64,000 bases of DNA, from NCBI GenBank assembly GCA_963774685.1, contig CAVZFU010000005.1, forward strand, positions 1,081,538-1,145,537. The letters are read 5' to 3'. The translations under genes were made by a program, and so were the position numbers. The first letter of the stretch is position 1; each line of letters starts with the position of its first letter. This document shows, piece after piece, positions 28,639 to 40,275 of this stretch. The notes under the pieces are model-generated. The model worked only from the letters and a program-made list of their open reading frames with translations. It did not search any database and was not told where the DNA came from. The DNA comes from an uncultured Alphaproteobacteria bacterium (GTDB taxonomy: Bacteria > Pseudomonadota > Alphaproteobacteria > Rhizobiales > Xanthobacteraceae).

Positions 28639-30978
28639 TCAACCGTGAATGGCGTGCCACACCCGGTCGGGTGTCGCCGGCATTTCCAGCTTGTTGTTGC
28701 CGATCGCGTCCGTGATGGCGTTGATGACGGCGGCGGATGCGCCGATCGCGCCGGCCTCGCCGCAACCCTTGACGCCCAAAGGATTGCCCGGACACAGCGT
28801 CGTGGTGTGGGACAACTTGAACGACGGCAGGTCGTCGGCGCGCGGCATGGTGTAGTCCATGAACGACGCGGTCACGAGCTGGCCGCTGGAATCGTAGACC
28901 GCGCCTTCCAAAAGCGCCTGGCCGATGCCCTGGGCGAGGCCGCCATGGACCTGGCCTTCGACGATCATCGGATTGATCATCCGGCCGAAATCGTCGGCGG
29001 CGACGAAGTTGACGAATGAAGTCTTGCCGGTGCCGGCGTCGACCTCGATTTCGCAGATGTAGGCGCCGGCCGGGAAGGTGAAGTTGGTGGGATCATAGAA
29101 CGCGGTCTCCTTCAGGCCGGGCTCCATGCCGTCGGGCAGGTTATGCGCGGTATAGGCCGCAAGCGCCACCATCGGCAGCGCGATCGACTTGTCGGTGCCG
29201 GTGACCTTGAACTCGCCGTTCTCGATCACGATGTCGTTCTCCGACGCCTCCAGCGCATGGGCTGCGATCTTCTTGGCCTTGGCTTCGACCTTCTCCATCG
29301 CCTTGATGATGGCGGTGCCGCCAACCGCGATCGAGCGCGAACCGTATGTGCCCATGCCGAATTGCACCTTGTCGGTGTCGCCATGGACGATCTGGACCTG
29401 GCTGATCGGAACGCCCAGGCGTTCGGCGACCAGCTGGCAGAAGGTGGTCTCATGGCCCTGGCCGTGGCTGTGCGAACCGGTGAGGATTTCGATGGTGCCG
29501 ACCGGATTGACGCGGACTTCTGCGGATTCCCACAGGCCGACGCCGGCGCCGAGGCTGCCGACCGCTTTGGAGGGCGCGATGCCGCAGGCTTCGATGTAGC
29601 AGGAGAAGCCGATGCCGCGGAGCTTGCCTTCTTTCTTGGCTTTATCTTTACGCGCCGGGAAGCCTTTGTAATCGATCGCCTTCAAGGCGGAGTCGAGCGA
29701 GGCGCCGAAATCTCCGACGTCGTAGGCCATGATCACGGGGGTCTGGTGCGGGAAGCTGGTGATGAAGTTCTTGCGACGAAGTTCCGCCGGATCGACCTTC
29801 AATTGACGCGCCGCGGTTTCCATCAGCCGTTCCACCACGAAACTGGCTTCGGGCCGGCCCGCGCCACGGTAGGCATCGACCGGGACGGTATTGGTGTAGA
29901 CGCTGATCACCTCGGCGAAGATGTTGGGGATGTTGTACTGGCCCGACAGCAGCGTCGCGTAGAGATAGGTCGGCACCGACGACGAGAACAGCGACATATA
30001 GGCGCCGAGATTGGCGTGGGTCTTCACGCGCAGCCCGGTGATCTTGTTGTCCTTGTCGAAAGCAATCTCGGCCTTGGTGAGGTGATCGCGGCCATGGGCA
30101 TCGGTCAGGAAGGCCTCGGTGCGATCTCCGGTCCACTTCACCGGCCGCCGCACTTTCTTGGAGGCCCAGAGTGCCACCATTTCTTCGGGATAGATGAAGA
30201 TCTTCGAGCCGAAACCGCCGCCGACATCGGGCGCTACCACCCGCAGCTTGTGTTCCGGCGCGATGTTATAGAAAGCCGACAGCACCAGACGCGCGACGTG
30301 CGGATTCTGCGACGTCGTGTACAGCGTGAAATGCTCTTCGGCGTCGTTGTATTCCGCAATCGCCGCACGCGGCTCCATCGCGTTCGGGACCAGCCGGTTG
30401 TTGGTGATGTCGAGCGAGACGACGTTCGCGGCCGATTTGAATGCCGCCTCCGTCGCCGCTTCGTCGCCGATGGTCCAGTCGTAGATCACGTTACCGGCTG
30501 CTTCCGGATGAAGCTGCGGCGCGCCCGGTTTGATCGCCGCGCGAATATCGGGGACCGCCGGAAGCTCCTCGTAATTGACGACGACGGCTTCCGCCGCATC
30601 CTTGGCCTGGTTCTTGGTCTCGGCGATCACCACGGCGACCGCCTGGCCGACAAAGCGCACCGTCTCCGGCGCCATCGCCGGCCATGCGCCCATCTTCATC
30701 GGCGTGCCGTCCTTGGATGTGATGGCCCAGCCGCAGATCAGATTGCCGACCTTGTCATCGACGATCTGTTGTCCGGTCAGCACGTCGACCACGCCCGGCA
30801 TTTTCATCGCCGCCGACGAGTCGATGCTCTTCACTTTGGCGTGCGCATGCGGGCTGCGGACGAAGTGGGCGTGGGTCATGCCCTGAAGCTTGATGTCGTC
30901 GACGTAACGGCCGCGGCCTGTAATGAAACGGCGGTCTTCCTTGCGCACCACGCTTGCGCCAATGCCTTCAACGCCCAT
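28639..30978 (-). CDS. coxL: Molybdopterin large subunit, form II CoxL-like
   Basis: GGGFGSK; active-site AYRGAGR (form I would be AYRCSFR); SHGQGHET; KGCGEAG. Confidence 0.88.
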   Translation of the reverse strand: MGVEGIGASVVRKEDRRFITGRGRYVDDIKLQGMTHAHFVRSPHAHAKVKSIDSSAAMKMPGVVDVLTGQQIVDDKVGNLICGWAITSKDGTPMKMGAWPAMAPETVRFVGQAVAVVIAETKNQAKDAAEAVVVNYEELPAVPDIRAAIKPGAPQLHPEAAGNVIYDWTIGDEAATEAAFKSAANVVSLDITNNRLVPNAMEPRAAIAEYNDAEEHFTLYTTSQNPHVARLVLSAFYNIAPEHKLRVVAPDVGGGFGSKIFIYPEEMVALWASKKVRRPVKWTGDRTEAFLTDAHGRDHLTKAEIAFDKDNKITGLRVKTHANLGAYMSLFSSSVPTYLYATLLSGQYNIPNIFAEVISVYTNTVPVDAYRGAGRPEASFVVERLMETAARQLKVDPAELRRKNFITSFPHQTPVIMAYDVGDFGASLDSALKAIDYKGFPARKDKAKKEGKLRGIGFSCYIEACGIAPSKAVGSLGAGVGLWESAEVRVNPVGTIEILTGSHSHGQGHETTFCQLVAERLGVPISQVQIVHGDTDKVQFGMGTYGSRSIAVGGTAIIKAMEKVEAKAKKIAAHALEASENDIVIENGEFKVTGTDKSIALPMVALAAYTAHNLPDGMEPGLKETAFYDPTNFTFPAGAYICEIEVDAGTGKTSFVNFVAADDFGRMINPMIVEGQVHGGLAQGIGQALLEGAVYDSSGQLVTASFMDYTMPRADDLPSFKLSHTTTLCPGNPLGVKGCGEAGAIGASAAVINAITDAIGNNKLEMPATPDRVWHAIHG

Positions 30979-31067
30979 GTCCTGATCTCCCAACCGGAGT
31001 TTTTGTTTCCGCCATTTCCATCGAAATTCGGCGGTCTTGAATTCAGCAATTGCTGGTTTTCAGGCCG

Positions 31068-31553
<486 letters not shown>

Positions 31554-31912
31554 GCCTGATACCTCCCGATGCTCTTTAATTATTCTAATTAGAAACAGGG
31601 GTGGGGGACTTTGCAACTGGAATTTCGTCGCGGAGCGTCATCGTGATGCGGGTTCGCGCGAGATATTTTTATTCCTTCGGGGAGGGGACCGAGGGTGGCG
31701 AGGGCGCCCTCGTGGCCGGAGATGCGAAAGCACCCTTTCGAACCGGAAGGCTGCCCATTTTCCGAAATGCGGCCCGAAACCGCTTCCTGGGGGGAGGATT
31801 GGCGGCAAATTTACGCCCCCTTATCCATTCTCCCCTAAATCTTCAGGGTGGATTCGGGCGGCTCACGCTGCTCCGATTTCGCTGGTTTTCTTCACGAAGA
31901 CGGGGGTTCGGG

Positions 31913-33960
31913 GTGGGGTTATCAAAGCGCACCTGGCGGCAGTCGATCTCGCCGAAAATCCCGACCTTGCGGTTTCGCGCCAAGGTCATGCTCGGTTTCG
32001 CCGTGGTGCTCGCCATATCGGCCGCCAGCCTCGGGATTGCCTATCTGGGATTCGAACGGATCTCGACTGGCGTGACGCTCTATCGCGATAGCGTGTCGCA
32101 AGCCGATCTGGCGCGCAACATCGACCGCGAACTGATTTCGTACCGGGCGCTGGCGCGATATTACGTGGTGACCGGCAAAGACGATGACGCCAACGCGGCG
32201 CTGACCGCCGAAGCGAGCCTGAAGGACGCCATCGATCAATCGATGAGGGGCACCACCAATCCGGAGAGCCTCGATCATCTCACGCGCCTCGCCAGGGAAT
32301 TCAATATCTTCACCAGGATTTTTGCCGATATCCTGAAGGTCAAGCGCGACAACGCCTTTATCACGCAGAATCAACTCACGCGCGGCGGTACCATGCTGCG
32401 CTACAAGCTCGACGATCTCGCGAGCATTGCCGCCGAGGCCGGGCTTCCGGCAGTCGAACTCGGCGCCAAGCAAGTCATGGCGCAATATCTGGCGGTGATG
32501 GCGCTTGCCAATACGTTCGTCATCAATTCCGATCAGACGGTCGCCGCCAGTACATTGTCGCGTCTCACATTCGTCGATAATTCGCTGCAGGCGATATCGT
32601 CGACCGATGAAAAGGTCGTGCAGGCGCTCAGGGAGATTTCGGGATTGCTGGAGGAATACCGGCAATCCTTCGGCTAAACTGGTCGAGAATTCCAAATCGA
32701 TTGATGAACTGACAGCGGAGATGGCTGATTCTGCGACCGCGATCATGCAGGGATCGAGTGCCATGAAGGCCGAACTGCTTTCCGAGCAACAGCGGCTTGA
32801 AATCCGAATCGAACGCGATCGTCGGCGAGACCGAACGCCTGATCGTGATGCTCGCGGCCGGCGGATTGCTGCTGGGAGGAGCGCTGGCTCTGATGCTCGG
32901 CAGGGGAATTTCCGCACCCATGACCGCGATGTGCAAGGCGATGCGCAAACTCGCCGGCGGCAATTTCGATGTCGTGCTGCCCGGCCTCGGCCGCAAGGAT
33001 GAACTCGGCGAGATGGCGGACGCGGTGGAAGAATTCAAGGTGCAGGCCATTGCCAAGGCCGAACGCGACGCCGCCGCGCATGACGCCCAGAACAGGGCTG
33101 CGAGCGCTGCGCGCCGCGCCGAACTCATTCGCTTCGCCGATCAATTCGAAACCGCCGTGGGCTCGATCGTCTCCAATGTTTCGGCATCGGCCGTTCAGCT
33201 TGAATCGGCCGCCGGAGTCCTGACGCGCACCGCGGAGACCACCCAGGGTCTGTCCAGTCAGGTCGCCGGAGCATCGGAAGAAGCCTCCAGCAACATGCAA
33301 TCGGTCGCCGCTGCGACCGAGGAACTGTCCGCGTCGGTCGATGAGATCGGCAGGCGGGTTCGCGAATCCAACCGGATCGCGGAGGCCGCGGTGCTTCAGG
33401 CGCAACAAACCGACGGGCGCATCGGTAAGTTGTCGCGTGCCGCGCAGGAGATCGGTGACGTCGTCAAGCTGATCACGGCGATTGCCGAGCAGACCAATCT
33501 GCTGGCGCTGAATGCAACCATCGAAGCGGCCCGTGCCGGCGAAGCCGGCCGGGGTTTTGCCGTGGTCGCCTCCGAGGTCAAGTCGCTGGCAAGCCAGACC
33601 GCGAAGGCGACCGATGAGATATCGTCGCATATTTCGGGCATGCAGGACGCGACGCAGGAATCGGTCGCAGCCATCAAGGAGATCGGCGGCACCATCGCCC
33701 AGGTCTCGAGCATCGCTTCGACGATCGCCAGTGCGGTCGAGCAGCAAAGCTCGGCGACACAGGAAATTGCGCGTAGCGTCCAGAACGTCGCCCAAGGTAC
33801 CCAGGAGGTCGCCGCCAACATCACGCAAGTGAATCGCGGCGCCACCGAAACCGGTTCTGCGTCGGAGGATGTATTGAATTCGGCGCGAACGCTCTCGACC
33901 GAAAGCACGCGCCTGCGCGAGGAGCTTAACCGCTTCATGGCGAATATTCGCGCGGCTTAG
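31913..33960 (+). CDS. Methyl-accepting chemotaxis protein (apparent +1 frameshifts near 32672 and 32801)
   Basis: TM, periplasmic helices, HAMP (RKDELGEM) and signalling domain [34 protein letters not shown], split over three frames. Confidence 0.85.
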
Positions 33961-33998
33961 TGTTGATTAGTTGTCCGGCCGCAGGCCGGGACGACGCG

Positions 33999-34322
33999 TT
34001 ATTCCCTTCCAAACTGCCGTTTCAACTCGCCCTTGGCGCGCTCCAGCCGCTCGCGTTGGGTTTTCGGCAGCGTCTTGCCGGCGCGGTTGATGTAGAAGGT
34101 CAGCATCGAGAGCGCCGAACGATAGGCGCCGGTCTTGCGGCGCGAACTGCGCTCCGCCGAGCGCTTGAGCGACGCCGCAATCCGCCTTGGATCCCGCAGC
34201 GTAAACACGCCGCGCTTCAGGTCGAGCGCGTCGCTTTCCCGGGTGACCCGCTGCGACCAGCGCCTGGTCGCTGCCTTCCCGCCGGGCGCAGTCTTTCGTT
34301 TTGTCTTAGCCTTTGCGGCCAT
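33999..34322 (-). CDS. DUF3175-like protein
   Basis: RRWSQRVTRESDALDL...DPRRIAASLKRSAE...RSALSMLTFYINRAG. Confidence 0.85.
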   Translation of the reverse strand: MAAKAKTKRKTAPGGKAATRRWSQRVTRESDALDLKRGVFTLRDPRRIAASLKRSAERSSRRKTGAYRSALSMLTFYINRAGKTLPKTQRERLERAKGELKRQFGRE

Positions 34323-34346
34323 GATCGATCTCCGCGTTTTGTTCAA

Positions 34347-34371
34347 AACCCGAAGCGGCTCAATCGGTTCC
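34347..34371 (-). promoter_or_regulatory. EcfG-type promoter for the DUF3175 gene
   Basis: On the minus strand, GGAAC-N16-GGTT. Confidence 0.6.
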
Positions 34372-34386
34372 GCATGCTCTCGACGC

Positions 34387-34411
34387 GGAACCTGCCCCGT
34401 TGCCGCGCGTT
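34387..34411 (+). promoter_or_regulatory. EcfG-type promoter for MFS-otsB
   Basis: GGAAC-N16-CGTT. Confidence 0.7.
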
Positions 34412-34519
34412 AGCAAGGCAAGCACTGGTAGCCCGGAAGAAAGGTTCCCGGGCTCCATTTTGCTTGGTCCGATCCCGATGTATTTGCCGAAGTCCGATCA
34501 TTTTGCAGGCAGTGATCGA

Positions 34520-35953
34520 ATGACTGAAAGTCGCGTCGTCGAGACCGATATTCCTGCACGGCTCGATAGCCTGTACTGGAGCGGCTTTCACACCCGCGTG
34601 GTGCTGGCGCTCGGCATTACCTGGATCCTGGATGGATTGGAGGTGACGCTGGCCGGCGCCCTGTCGGGGGCGTTGAAGGAAAGTCCGGTGCTTCGATTCA
34701 CGAACTTCGACGTCGGATTTGCCAACAGCGCCTATCTTGCCGGCGCCGTGATCGGCGCGCTCGGGTTCGGTTGGCTCACCGACCGGATCGGACGCAAGAA
34801 ACTGTTCTTCATCACGTTGGCACTCTATCTCACGGCGACGGCCGCAACGGCGCTGTCCTGGAATGTCGGGAGTTACGCATTGTTTCGTTTTCTCACGGGC
34901 GCGGGCATCGGCGGTGAATATACCGCGATCAATTCGACGATTCAGGAATTGGTGCCGGCGCGTTATCGCGGGTGGACCGACCTTTTGATCAATGGCAGCT
35001 TCTGGATCGGTGCGGCGATCGGTGCGACCAGCGCCATCGTGCTGCTCGATCCGGCCATCATTGGCCCCGATCTCGGCTGGCGGCTGGCGTATCTCACCGG
35101 CGCTTGCCTGGGTCTTGTAGTGTTCGTGATGCGGATGTGGATTCCGGAAAGCCCGCGCTGGCTGATGATTCACGGTCATCCCGATCGCGCGCAGGAAATT
35201 GTGAATGATATCGAACGATCGGTCATGGCAACGGCGCAAGATCCATCGAAACAGGCGCTACCGAAAATCAAACTGAAAATGCGCGATCACACCCCGCTGG
35301 GCGAGGTGGCGCGAACGCTATTCTTCAGCTATCGCCAGCGCTCGCTGGTCGGATTGGCGCTGATGATCGCGCAGGCATTTTTCTATAATGCGATCTTCTT
35401 TACGTTTGCGCTGGTGCTGACCGATTTCTTCGGCATCGCCTCGAGCCAGGTCGGCTGGTACATCCTCCCCTTTGCGGCGGGTAATTTTCTGGGTCCGTTG
35501 CTGCTCGGCCGCCTGTTCGATACGCTCGGACGCCGCACGATGATTGCACTGACTTACGGCGTTTCGGGTATTTTGCTCGCGCTCTCTGGATACTTGTTCT
35601 CGATCGGTGCATTGAGCGCGCAGACCCAGACCATCGCATGGATGGTGATTTTCTTTTTTGCGTCTCCTGCCGCAAGTTCCGCCTATCTCACCGTCAGCGA
35701 GACGTTTCCGCTGGAGGTCCGCGCGCTTGCGATTGCACTGTTCTACGCGGTCGGAACCGCCATTGGCGGCGTTGCCGGTCCGGCGCTGTTCGGTGCGCTG
35801 ATCGATACCGGGTCGCGCCAGAGCGTATTCGCGGGCTATCTGTTTGGAGCGGGGTTGATGGTCGTGGCGGCGGCTATTGCGTGGCGTTATTGCATCGCAG
35901 CCGAACGCCAGCCGCTGGAATCGGTTGCACCGCCGCTCGCCTTTGTGGAGTAG
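34520..35953 (+). CDS. MFS transporter
   Basis: DIPARLD; LTDRIGRKK; IPESPRWL; ETFPLEVRA. Confidence 0.9.
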   Translation: MTESRVVETDIPARLDSLYWSGFHTRVVLALGITWILDGLEVTLAGALSGALKESPVLRFTNFDVGFANSAYLAGAVIGALGFGWLTDRIGRKKLFFITLALYLTATAATALSWNVGSYALFRFLTGAGIGGEYTAINSTIQELVPARYRGWTDLLINGSFWIGAAIGATSAIVLLDPAIIGPDLGWRLAYLTGACLGLVVFVMRMWIPESPRWLMIHGHPDRAQEIVNDIERSVMATAQDPSKQALPKIKLKMRDHTPLGEVARTLFFSYRQRSLVGLALMIAQAFFYNAIFFTFALVLTDFFGIASSQVGWYILPFAAGNFLGPLLLGRLFDTLGRRTMIALTYGVSGILLALSGYLFSIGALSAQTQTIAWMVIFFFASPAASSAYLTVSETFPLEVRALAIALFYAVGTAIGGVAGPALFGALIDTGSRQSVFAGYLFGAGLMVVAAAIAWRYCIAAERQPLESVAPPLAFVE

Positions 35954-35959
35954 AATGCG

Positions 35960-36820
35960 ATGACTGAGGACTTGATGGATCAAGATTTGGCTGACATGCC
36001 GCAGGAAGATTTGTCGGAAGAAGAAGCGTCACCGGACGCCGTTCCGGTGCCGCGCTCGCTGGTGCCGCAACTGGATCATTGCGCGATCCTGCTCGATATC
36101 GACGGCACGCTGCTTGATTTCGCGCCGACGCCGCGCGAGATCTGGGTGCCGCCGGGCCTCACAAAAACGCTCAACCGCTTGCTTCAGCGAACTTCGGGAG
36201 CGTTGGCACTGGTCAGCGGACGTTCGCTGAACGATATCGATTTGATCTTTGCTCCCGCTCAATTTCCGGCGGTTGGAGGCCACGGTGCGGAAATGCGAAT
36301 CTCGAGGGATAGCGAAGCCGTCGCCACCCACGCGCCGCCGATGGACAAGGAATTGAAGATACGGCTGGCGGCAATTGCGAAACTCAGCCCGGGCATTCTG
36401 CTCGAGGACAAGGGCTATTCGCTGGCGCTTCATTACCGGCTGGCGCCGCATGCTGAAAAGGCGATTTATGAGGCGGTATCGCTGATACGGGCCGATCTTC
36501 CAAACGCACCGATCGAGGTGCTGCCCGGAAAATGCGTTTGTGAAATCAAGCACTCCGGTTTCACCAAGGCGACGGGTGTCACCGAACTGATAACTCACGA
36601 ACCATTCCGGGGACGCCGCCCCATTTTTATCGGCGACGACGTGACGGACGAGACCGTGTTCGCGATCATGCCCGACCTTGGCGGCCTTGCATTTTCTGTC
36701 GGCCGTCGTGCGCAAGGTGTGGCCGGCCATTTCGACGAGCCTCGCGATGTGCGCGAATGGCTCGCACATCTGCTTGATGACGAAAAGGCGGCGCTGGATT
36801 CACAAGATACGGTCCGTTGA
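35960..36820 (+). CDS. otsB: Trehalose-6-phosphate phosphatase
   Basis: LLDIDGTL, SGRS, IGDDVTDE HAD motifs; adjacent to otsA. Confidence 0.93.
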   Translation: MTEDLMDQDLADMPQEDLSEEEASPDAVPVPRSLVPQLDHCAILLDIDGTLLDFAPTPREIWVPPGLTKTLNRLLQRTSGALALVSGRSLNDIDLIFAPAQFPAVGGHGAEMRISRDSEAVATHAPPMDKELKIRLAAIAKLSPGILLEDKGYSLALHYRLAPHAEKAIYEAVSLIRADLPNAPIEVLPGKCVCEIKHSGFTKATGVTELITHEPFRGRRPIFIGDDVTDETVFAIMPDLGGLAFSVGRRAQGVAGHFDEPRDVREWLAHLLDDEKAALDSQDTVR

Positions 36821-36986
36821 GAAGGCAATGTCGCATGGAACCGGAAGCGGACACTTCTGTCCGGTTGAAAAGTCGAAACAATCTTCTTTGACCGGAATTA
36901 TTCCGACAAATTCTCTGTGTTGTGGATGTGCAAGTTCCGGCGGAGTTCCGCCTGAATTTGGTGCCTTTTCGTTGAAAGGGTGACAC

Positions 36987-37011
36987 GGAACCATATTGAT
37001 GAATGGCTGTT
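36987..37011 (+). promoter_or_regulatory. EcfG-type promoter for otsA
   Basis: GGAAC-N17-GTT. Confidence 0.55.
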
Positions 37012-37040
37012 AACTGGCGATGGACATCAGGAGGGGACCT

Positions 37041-38501
37041 GTGAACCTCGTCGTCGTTTCAAATCGCGTGGCGCGCGGCAAGACCAATGAGCCCATGACG
37101 GGGGGGCTAGCGGCCGCTTTATTGCCGGTGGTGGAGAAATCCGGCGCTATTTGGGTGGGTTCGAGCGGCCGGGTCCGCGATGGCACCCAAAAGGAACCAT
37201 TCGCCGAAATCGAAGCCCTTGGTGCGGGGGCGCTGGCGATGCTGGATCTGCCTGCAGCGCATTACGGCGGATATTACGAGGGTTTTGCCAATTCGGCGTT
37301 ATGGCCGGCGCTGCATTCCCGCACCGATCTGATCCGCTCCTCGCAGCAGGATTATCTCTCCTATCGCGAAGTCAACGCCTTCATGGCGCGGGCGCTGAAG
37401 CAATTCATCAAGCCGGACACCGTGTTCTGGATTCAGGATTATCATTTCCTGGCGCTGGGGGCAGAGTTGCGCGATCTCGGCGTCGCCCAGCCGGTCGGAT
37501 TTTTTCTGCATACGCCCTGGCCCGCGCGTACCATTGTTGCCGGAGTCCCGCACCATCGTGAACTGGTCGAGGCGATGCTGGCTTACGACCTGATCGGGTT
37601 CCAGACCGAGGATGATTATGAAAATTTCCTCGGATATCTCCGGTCGGATCTGGATCTTCGAATCGAGAACGGTGTCGTTACTTCGCGTTACGGCACCTCG
37701 CGCATGGCGGTGTTTCCGATTGGAATCGATCCCGAAAAATTCGCCCGGCAAGCCGCCAAGGCAATATCCCATCCCGACGTATCACGGTTGCGGCGAAGCC
37801 TGAACGGCGAGAGGCTGGCGATCGGTGTCGATCGGCTTGATTATTCCAAGGGACTGGTCAACCGCATCGAGGCTTTCGATCGGATGTGGACCTTGCAGCC
37901 GGCGCTGCAACGCGCGGTCTCCTTGCTGCAGATCGCAACGCCGTCGCGCGGCGCGATCGAAGCCTACGGCAATCTGCAAAACGAAGTCGCAAAACTGGTC
38001 AGCGACGTCAATGGCCGTCATGGCGAAGTCGACTGGACTCCGATCCGCTATCTCAACAAGGGTTTCAGCCAGACCGTACTGTCGGGTCTCTACCGCACCG
38101 CCCAGGTTGGTGTGGTGACACCGTTGCATGACGGAATGAATCTCGTGGCCAAGGAATATGTCGCGGCACAAAATCCCGCCGATCCCGGCGTTCTGGTGTT
38201 GTCAAAATTCGCCGGCGCGGCCAACGAACTGGATACGGCGCTGTTGGTAAATCCTCACGACATCGACGGCATGGCGCGGACCATCGCGCTCGCGCTCTCG
38301 ATGCCGTTGCTGGAACGGCGGATGCGGTGGGAAGCGATGATGACGAAACTTCGCAACCACACCATCCAGCAATGGTTTGCCGATTTCCTCGACGCGCTGC
38401 AGGAGACCCACACCGGAAACGCGCCGGCCCGGCCGCCGATACCCGAACCGCCGACATTATGGCCGCTGCGCTCGGTCAATTCCGGCGTGAGGTATCACTA
38501 G
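37041..38501 (+). CDS. otsA: Trehalose-6-phosphate synthase (GTG start)
   Basis: VVSNRV, YYEGFANSALWPALH, WIQDYH, GVDRLDYSKG, DGMNLVAKEY. Confidence 0.96.
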   Translation: MNLVVVSNRVARGKTNEPMTGGLAAALLPVVEKSGAIWVGSSGRVRDGTQKEPFAEIEALGAGALAMLDLPAAHYGGYYEGFANSALWPALHSRTDLIRSSQQDYLSYREVNAFMARALKQFIKPDTVFWIQDYHFLALGAELRDLGVAQPVGFFLHTPWPARTIVAGVPHHRELVEAMLAYDLIGFQTEDDYENFLGYLRSDLDLRIENGVVTSRYGTSRMAVFPIGIDPEKFARQAAKAISHPDVSRLRRSLNGERLAIGVDRLDYSKGLVNRIEAFDRMWTLQPALQRAVSLLQIATPSRGAIEAYGNLQNEVAKLVSDVNGRHGEVDWTPIRYLNKGFSQTVLSGLYRTAQVGVVTPLHDGMNLVAKEYVAAQNPADPGVLVLSKFAGAANELDTALLVNPHDIDGMARTIALALSMPLLERRMRWEAMMTKLRNHTIQQWFADFLDALQETHTGNAPARPPIPEPPTLWPLRSVNSGVRYH

Positions 38502-38721
38502 CTGCAGCGACATCGGATCCGGCTATCCTTCGAAGCTCGAAAACGCTTGCACCGAAGGATGTTGGGTGCCTGCAACCGGCTTTCGATTCACCGATTTTGG
38601 AAGTTGAAAGCCCGGCTCTCACCGAGATCGGATTATCCATTCCGTTCAGATGTTGCGGAAACTGTAAGTTACGTGGCCCCGGTCGCTTGCAAAAGTCGTC
38701 TCGCCCCTTCAAGAGAGGGTA

Positions 38722-38811
38722 GGAGAGATGGCCGAGTGGCTTAAGGCGCACGCTTGGAAAGCGTGTGTGCGGGAAACCGTACCGTGGGTTCGAATCCCAC
38801 TCTCTCCGCCA
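38722..38811 (+). tRNA. tRNA-Ser (GGA)
   Basis: GGAGAGA acceptor stem, anticodon arm CACGC-TTGGAAA-GCGTG, long variable arm, GGTTCGAATCC, 3' CCA. Confidence 0.97.
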
Positions 38812-38822
38812 GCTTGCCCAAT

Positions 38823-39027
38823 TGTCCGGCCCGGACAGATGGGTAACGGAACGTACCTAAGACATGGGTGACAACCTCGTGCCGAACGGGTTGTCGAGGG
38901 GCTGCAGGGTTTTCTGCTCCAGGTCGAAATATCCGAGATCATAGTGCATGAAGCTGACGAGCCAAATGCCATCGTCGACTTCCTTGATGCCGAGTTTTTG
39001 TCCTGCCAGCACGGTTGAAATGTGACC
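38823..39027 (-). mobile_element. IS481-family remnant (transposase C-terminus and terminal repeat)
   Basis: Minus strand reads ISTVLAGQKLGIKEVDDGIWLVSFMHYDLGYFDLEQKTLQPLDNPFGTRLSPMS*, followed by an end with repeated TACCCAT/CACCCAT motifs terminating in ...GGACA. Confidence 0.8.
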
Positions 39028-39068
39028 CGCTTATCTGGCGACCGTGTTCATCGGCCAACGCGCCGATG

Positions 39069-39133
39069 ATAGCCGAGGGCAACTATATGATAGTTTTTGC
39101 ATATTTGACGGACCGGATGCGGTAGCGCTCCAT
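39069..39133 (+). promoter_or_regulatory. Tandem LysR-type boxes and promoter for panB-like copy 1
   Basis: ATAG-N7-CAAC (39069) and ATAG-N7-ATAT (39090), 21 bp apart, abutting TTGACG-N17-CTCCAT. Confidence 0.6.
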
Positions 39134-39222
39134 GCGCCTGCAACAGAAACGGCCGGGCGGCGAAGGTCGCTGCCGGCTTCTTCAAGGCTTTCGAAATAGG
39201 CTTTGTGAGTGGGGGATTGGTT

Positions 39223-40131
39223 ATGGCTGACGTACCGGCACGGAAGAAGGTCACCATCAACACCTTGATGGCGAAGATGAAGAAGGGCGAGCCGATCACC
39301 CAGCTTGCCGCGTACGATTATCGCACTGCGGTCGTTGCCGACCGCCTTGGCATGGATATCCTGTGCGTATCCGATACCGGCGGCATGATCCTGTTCGGCC
39401 ACAAGAGCACCGTCTCGGTGAGCTTCGACGAAGTCATGATGATGTCGAAGGCGATCGACCGCGGCTCCAAATACGGGCTGCGCATGGTCGACATGCCGTA
39501 TTGGAGCTTCCACGTCTCGCCGGAACAGGCGGTGGCCAATGCCGGCCGCTTCGTGCACGAAGCCAATGCCGAAGTGATGAAATGCGAGGGAAACAAGCAT
39601 CACGCCAGGAATATCGAGGCGATCGTGCGCGCCGGGATCCCGGTGCAGGGCCACATCGGCATCACTCCGATGCGGATGCCGCAGCTTGGCGGCTTCGTCG
39701 CCCAGGGCAAGACCGCCCAGCGCGCCAAGGAGATGGTGGAAGACGCCAAGGCGATGGTCGATGCCGGCTGCTTCTCGATCCTGTGCGAGGTCACGACGTC
39801 TGAAGTTGCCGAATATCTGGCGCAGACGCTGCCGGTGCCGGTCATCAGCCTCGGCGCGGGCAATGCCGCGCATGGCGTTCACATCATATCTTCGGATCTG
39901 TTCCATCTCTGGGAAGAGCATGTTCCGCGCCACTCGCGGATCTACACCGATCTGATCCCGATCATGGAAGACGTCATCTCGCGCTATATGAAGGATGTCG
40001 TTACCCGCAACTATCCCGGTCCGAAGGAAACCGTCTTCATGAGCCCGGAAGAGTGTCTGCTGTTCGCCCAGGACATGAAGTGGGAACGCAAGGTCGATGA
40101 ATTGAGGTCGGTGGCCAAAAAAACCGCCTGA
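39223..40131 (+). CDS. panB: Divergent 3-methyl-2-oxobutanoate hydroxymethyltransferase (PanB)-like, copy 1
   Basis: AAYD, VSDTGGM, VDMPY, KCEG, GHIGITP, GGFVAQGK, LCEV, GAG; no panC nearby. Confidence 0.8.
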   Translation: MADVPARKKVTINTLMAKMKKGEPITQLAAYDYRTAVVADRLGMDILCVSDTGGMILFGHKSTVSVSFDEVMMMSKAIDRGSKYGLRMVDMPYWSFHVSPEQAVANAGRFVHEANAEVMKCEGNKHHARNIEAIVRAGIPVQGHIGITPMRMPQLGGFVAQGKTAQRAKEMVEDAKAMVDAGCFSILCEVTTSEVAEYLAQTLPVPVISLGAGNAAHGVHIISSDLFHLWEEHVPRHSRIYTDLIPIMEDVISRYMKDVVTRNYPGPKETVFMSPEECLLFAQDMKWERKVDELRSVAKKTA

Positions 40132-40275
40132 TCCCGGCTCCCCGCAGATAGCGTCACCAGCGATACTGGAAACGCACAATGGACAGCGTCTAGCCGCCGC
40201 CCGGTTGCTGGCGCTTGTCTAAAGGCTTCGAAAATCCTCGCTTCGCAGCATCCTTGAAGGACACTGGAACTTTCA

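Larger units (their letters stand above)
39054..40131 (+). repeat. Direct repeat copy 1 (panB-like gene plus promoter), ~99% identical to 56491-57569
   Basis: Direct comparison: identity begins at GCCAACGCGCCGATGATAG and ends at the TGA; a few substitutions/indels in the leader and at least three synonymous changes in the CDS. Confidence 0.95.

Noticed and set aside
28639-30978. Bona fide form I CO dehydrogenase
   Set aside because: The motif is AYRGAGR rather than AYRCSFR, the order is S-L-M, and there are no accessory genes.
31600-31912. c-di-GMP riboswitch upstream of the MCP gene
   Set aside because: GCGAAAGC resembles part of the motif, but no convincing two-stem architecture could be built.
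39223-40131. Ordinary pantothenate biosynthesis operon
   Set aside because: No panC, panD or panE nearby; divergent motifs; duplicated inside a C1 island. Ordinary PanB activity is not excluded.
40132-40275. ZTP (pfl) riboswitch upstream of fhs
   Set aside because: The expected GACUGGCG and CGCCUGGG elements are absent.
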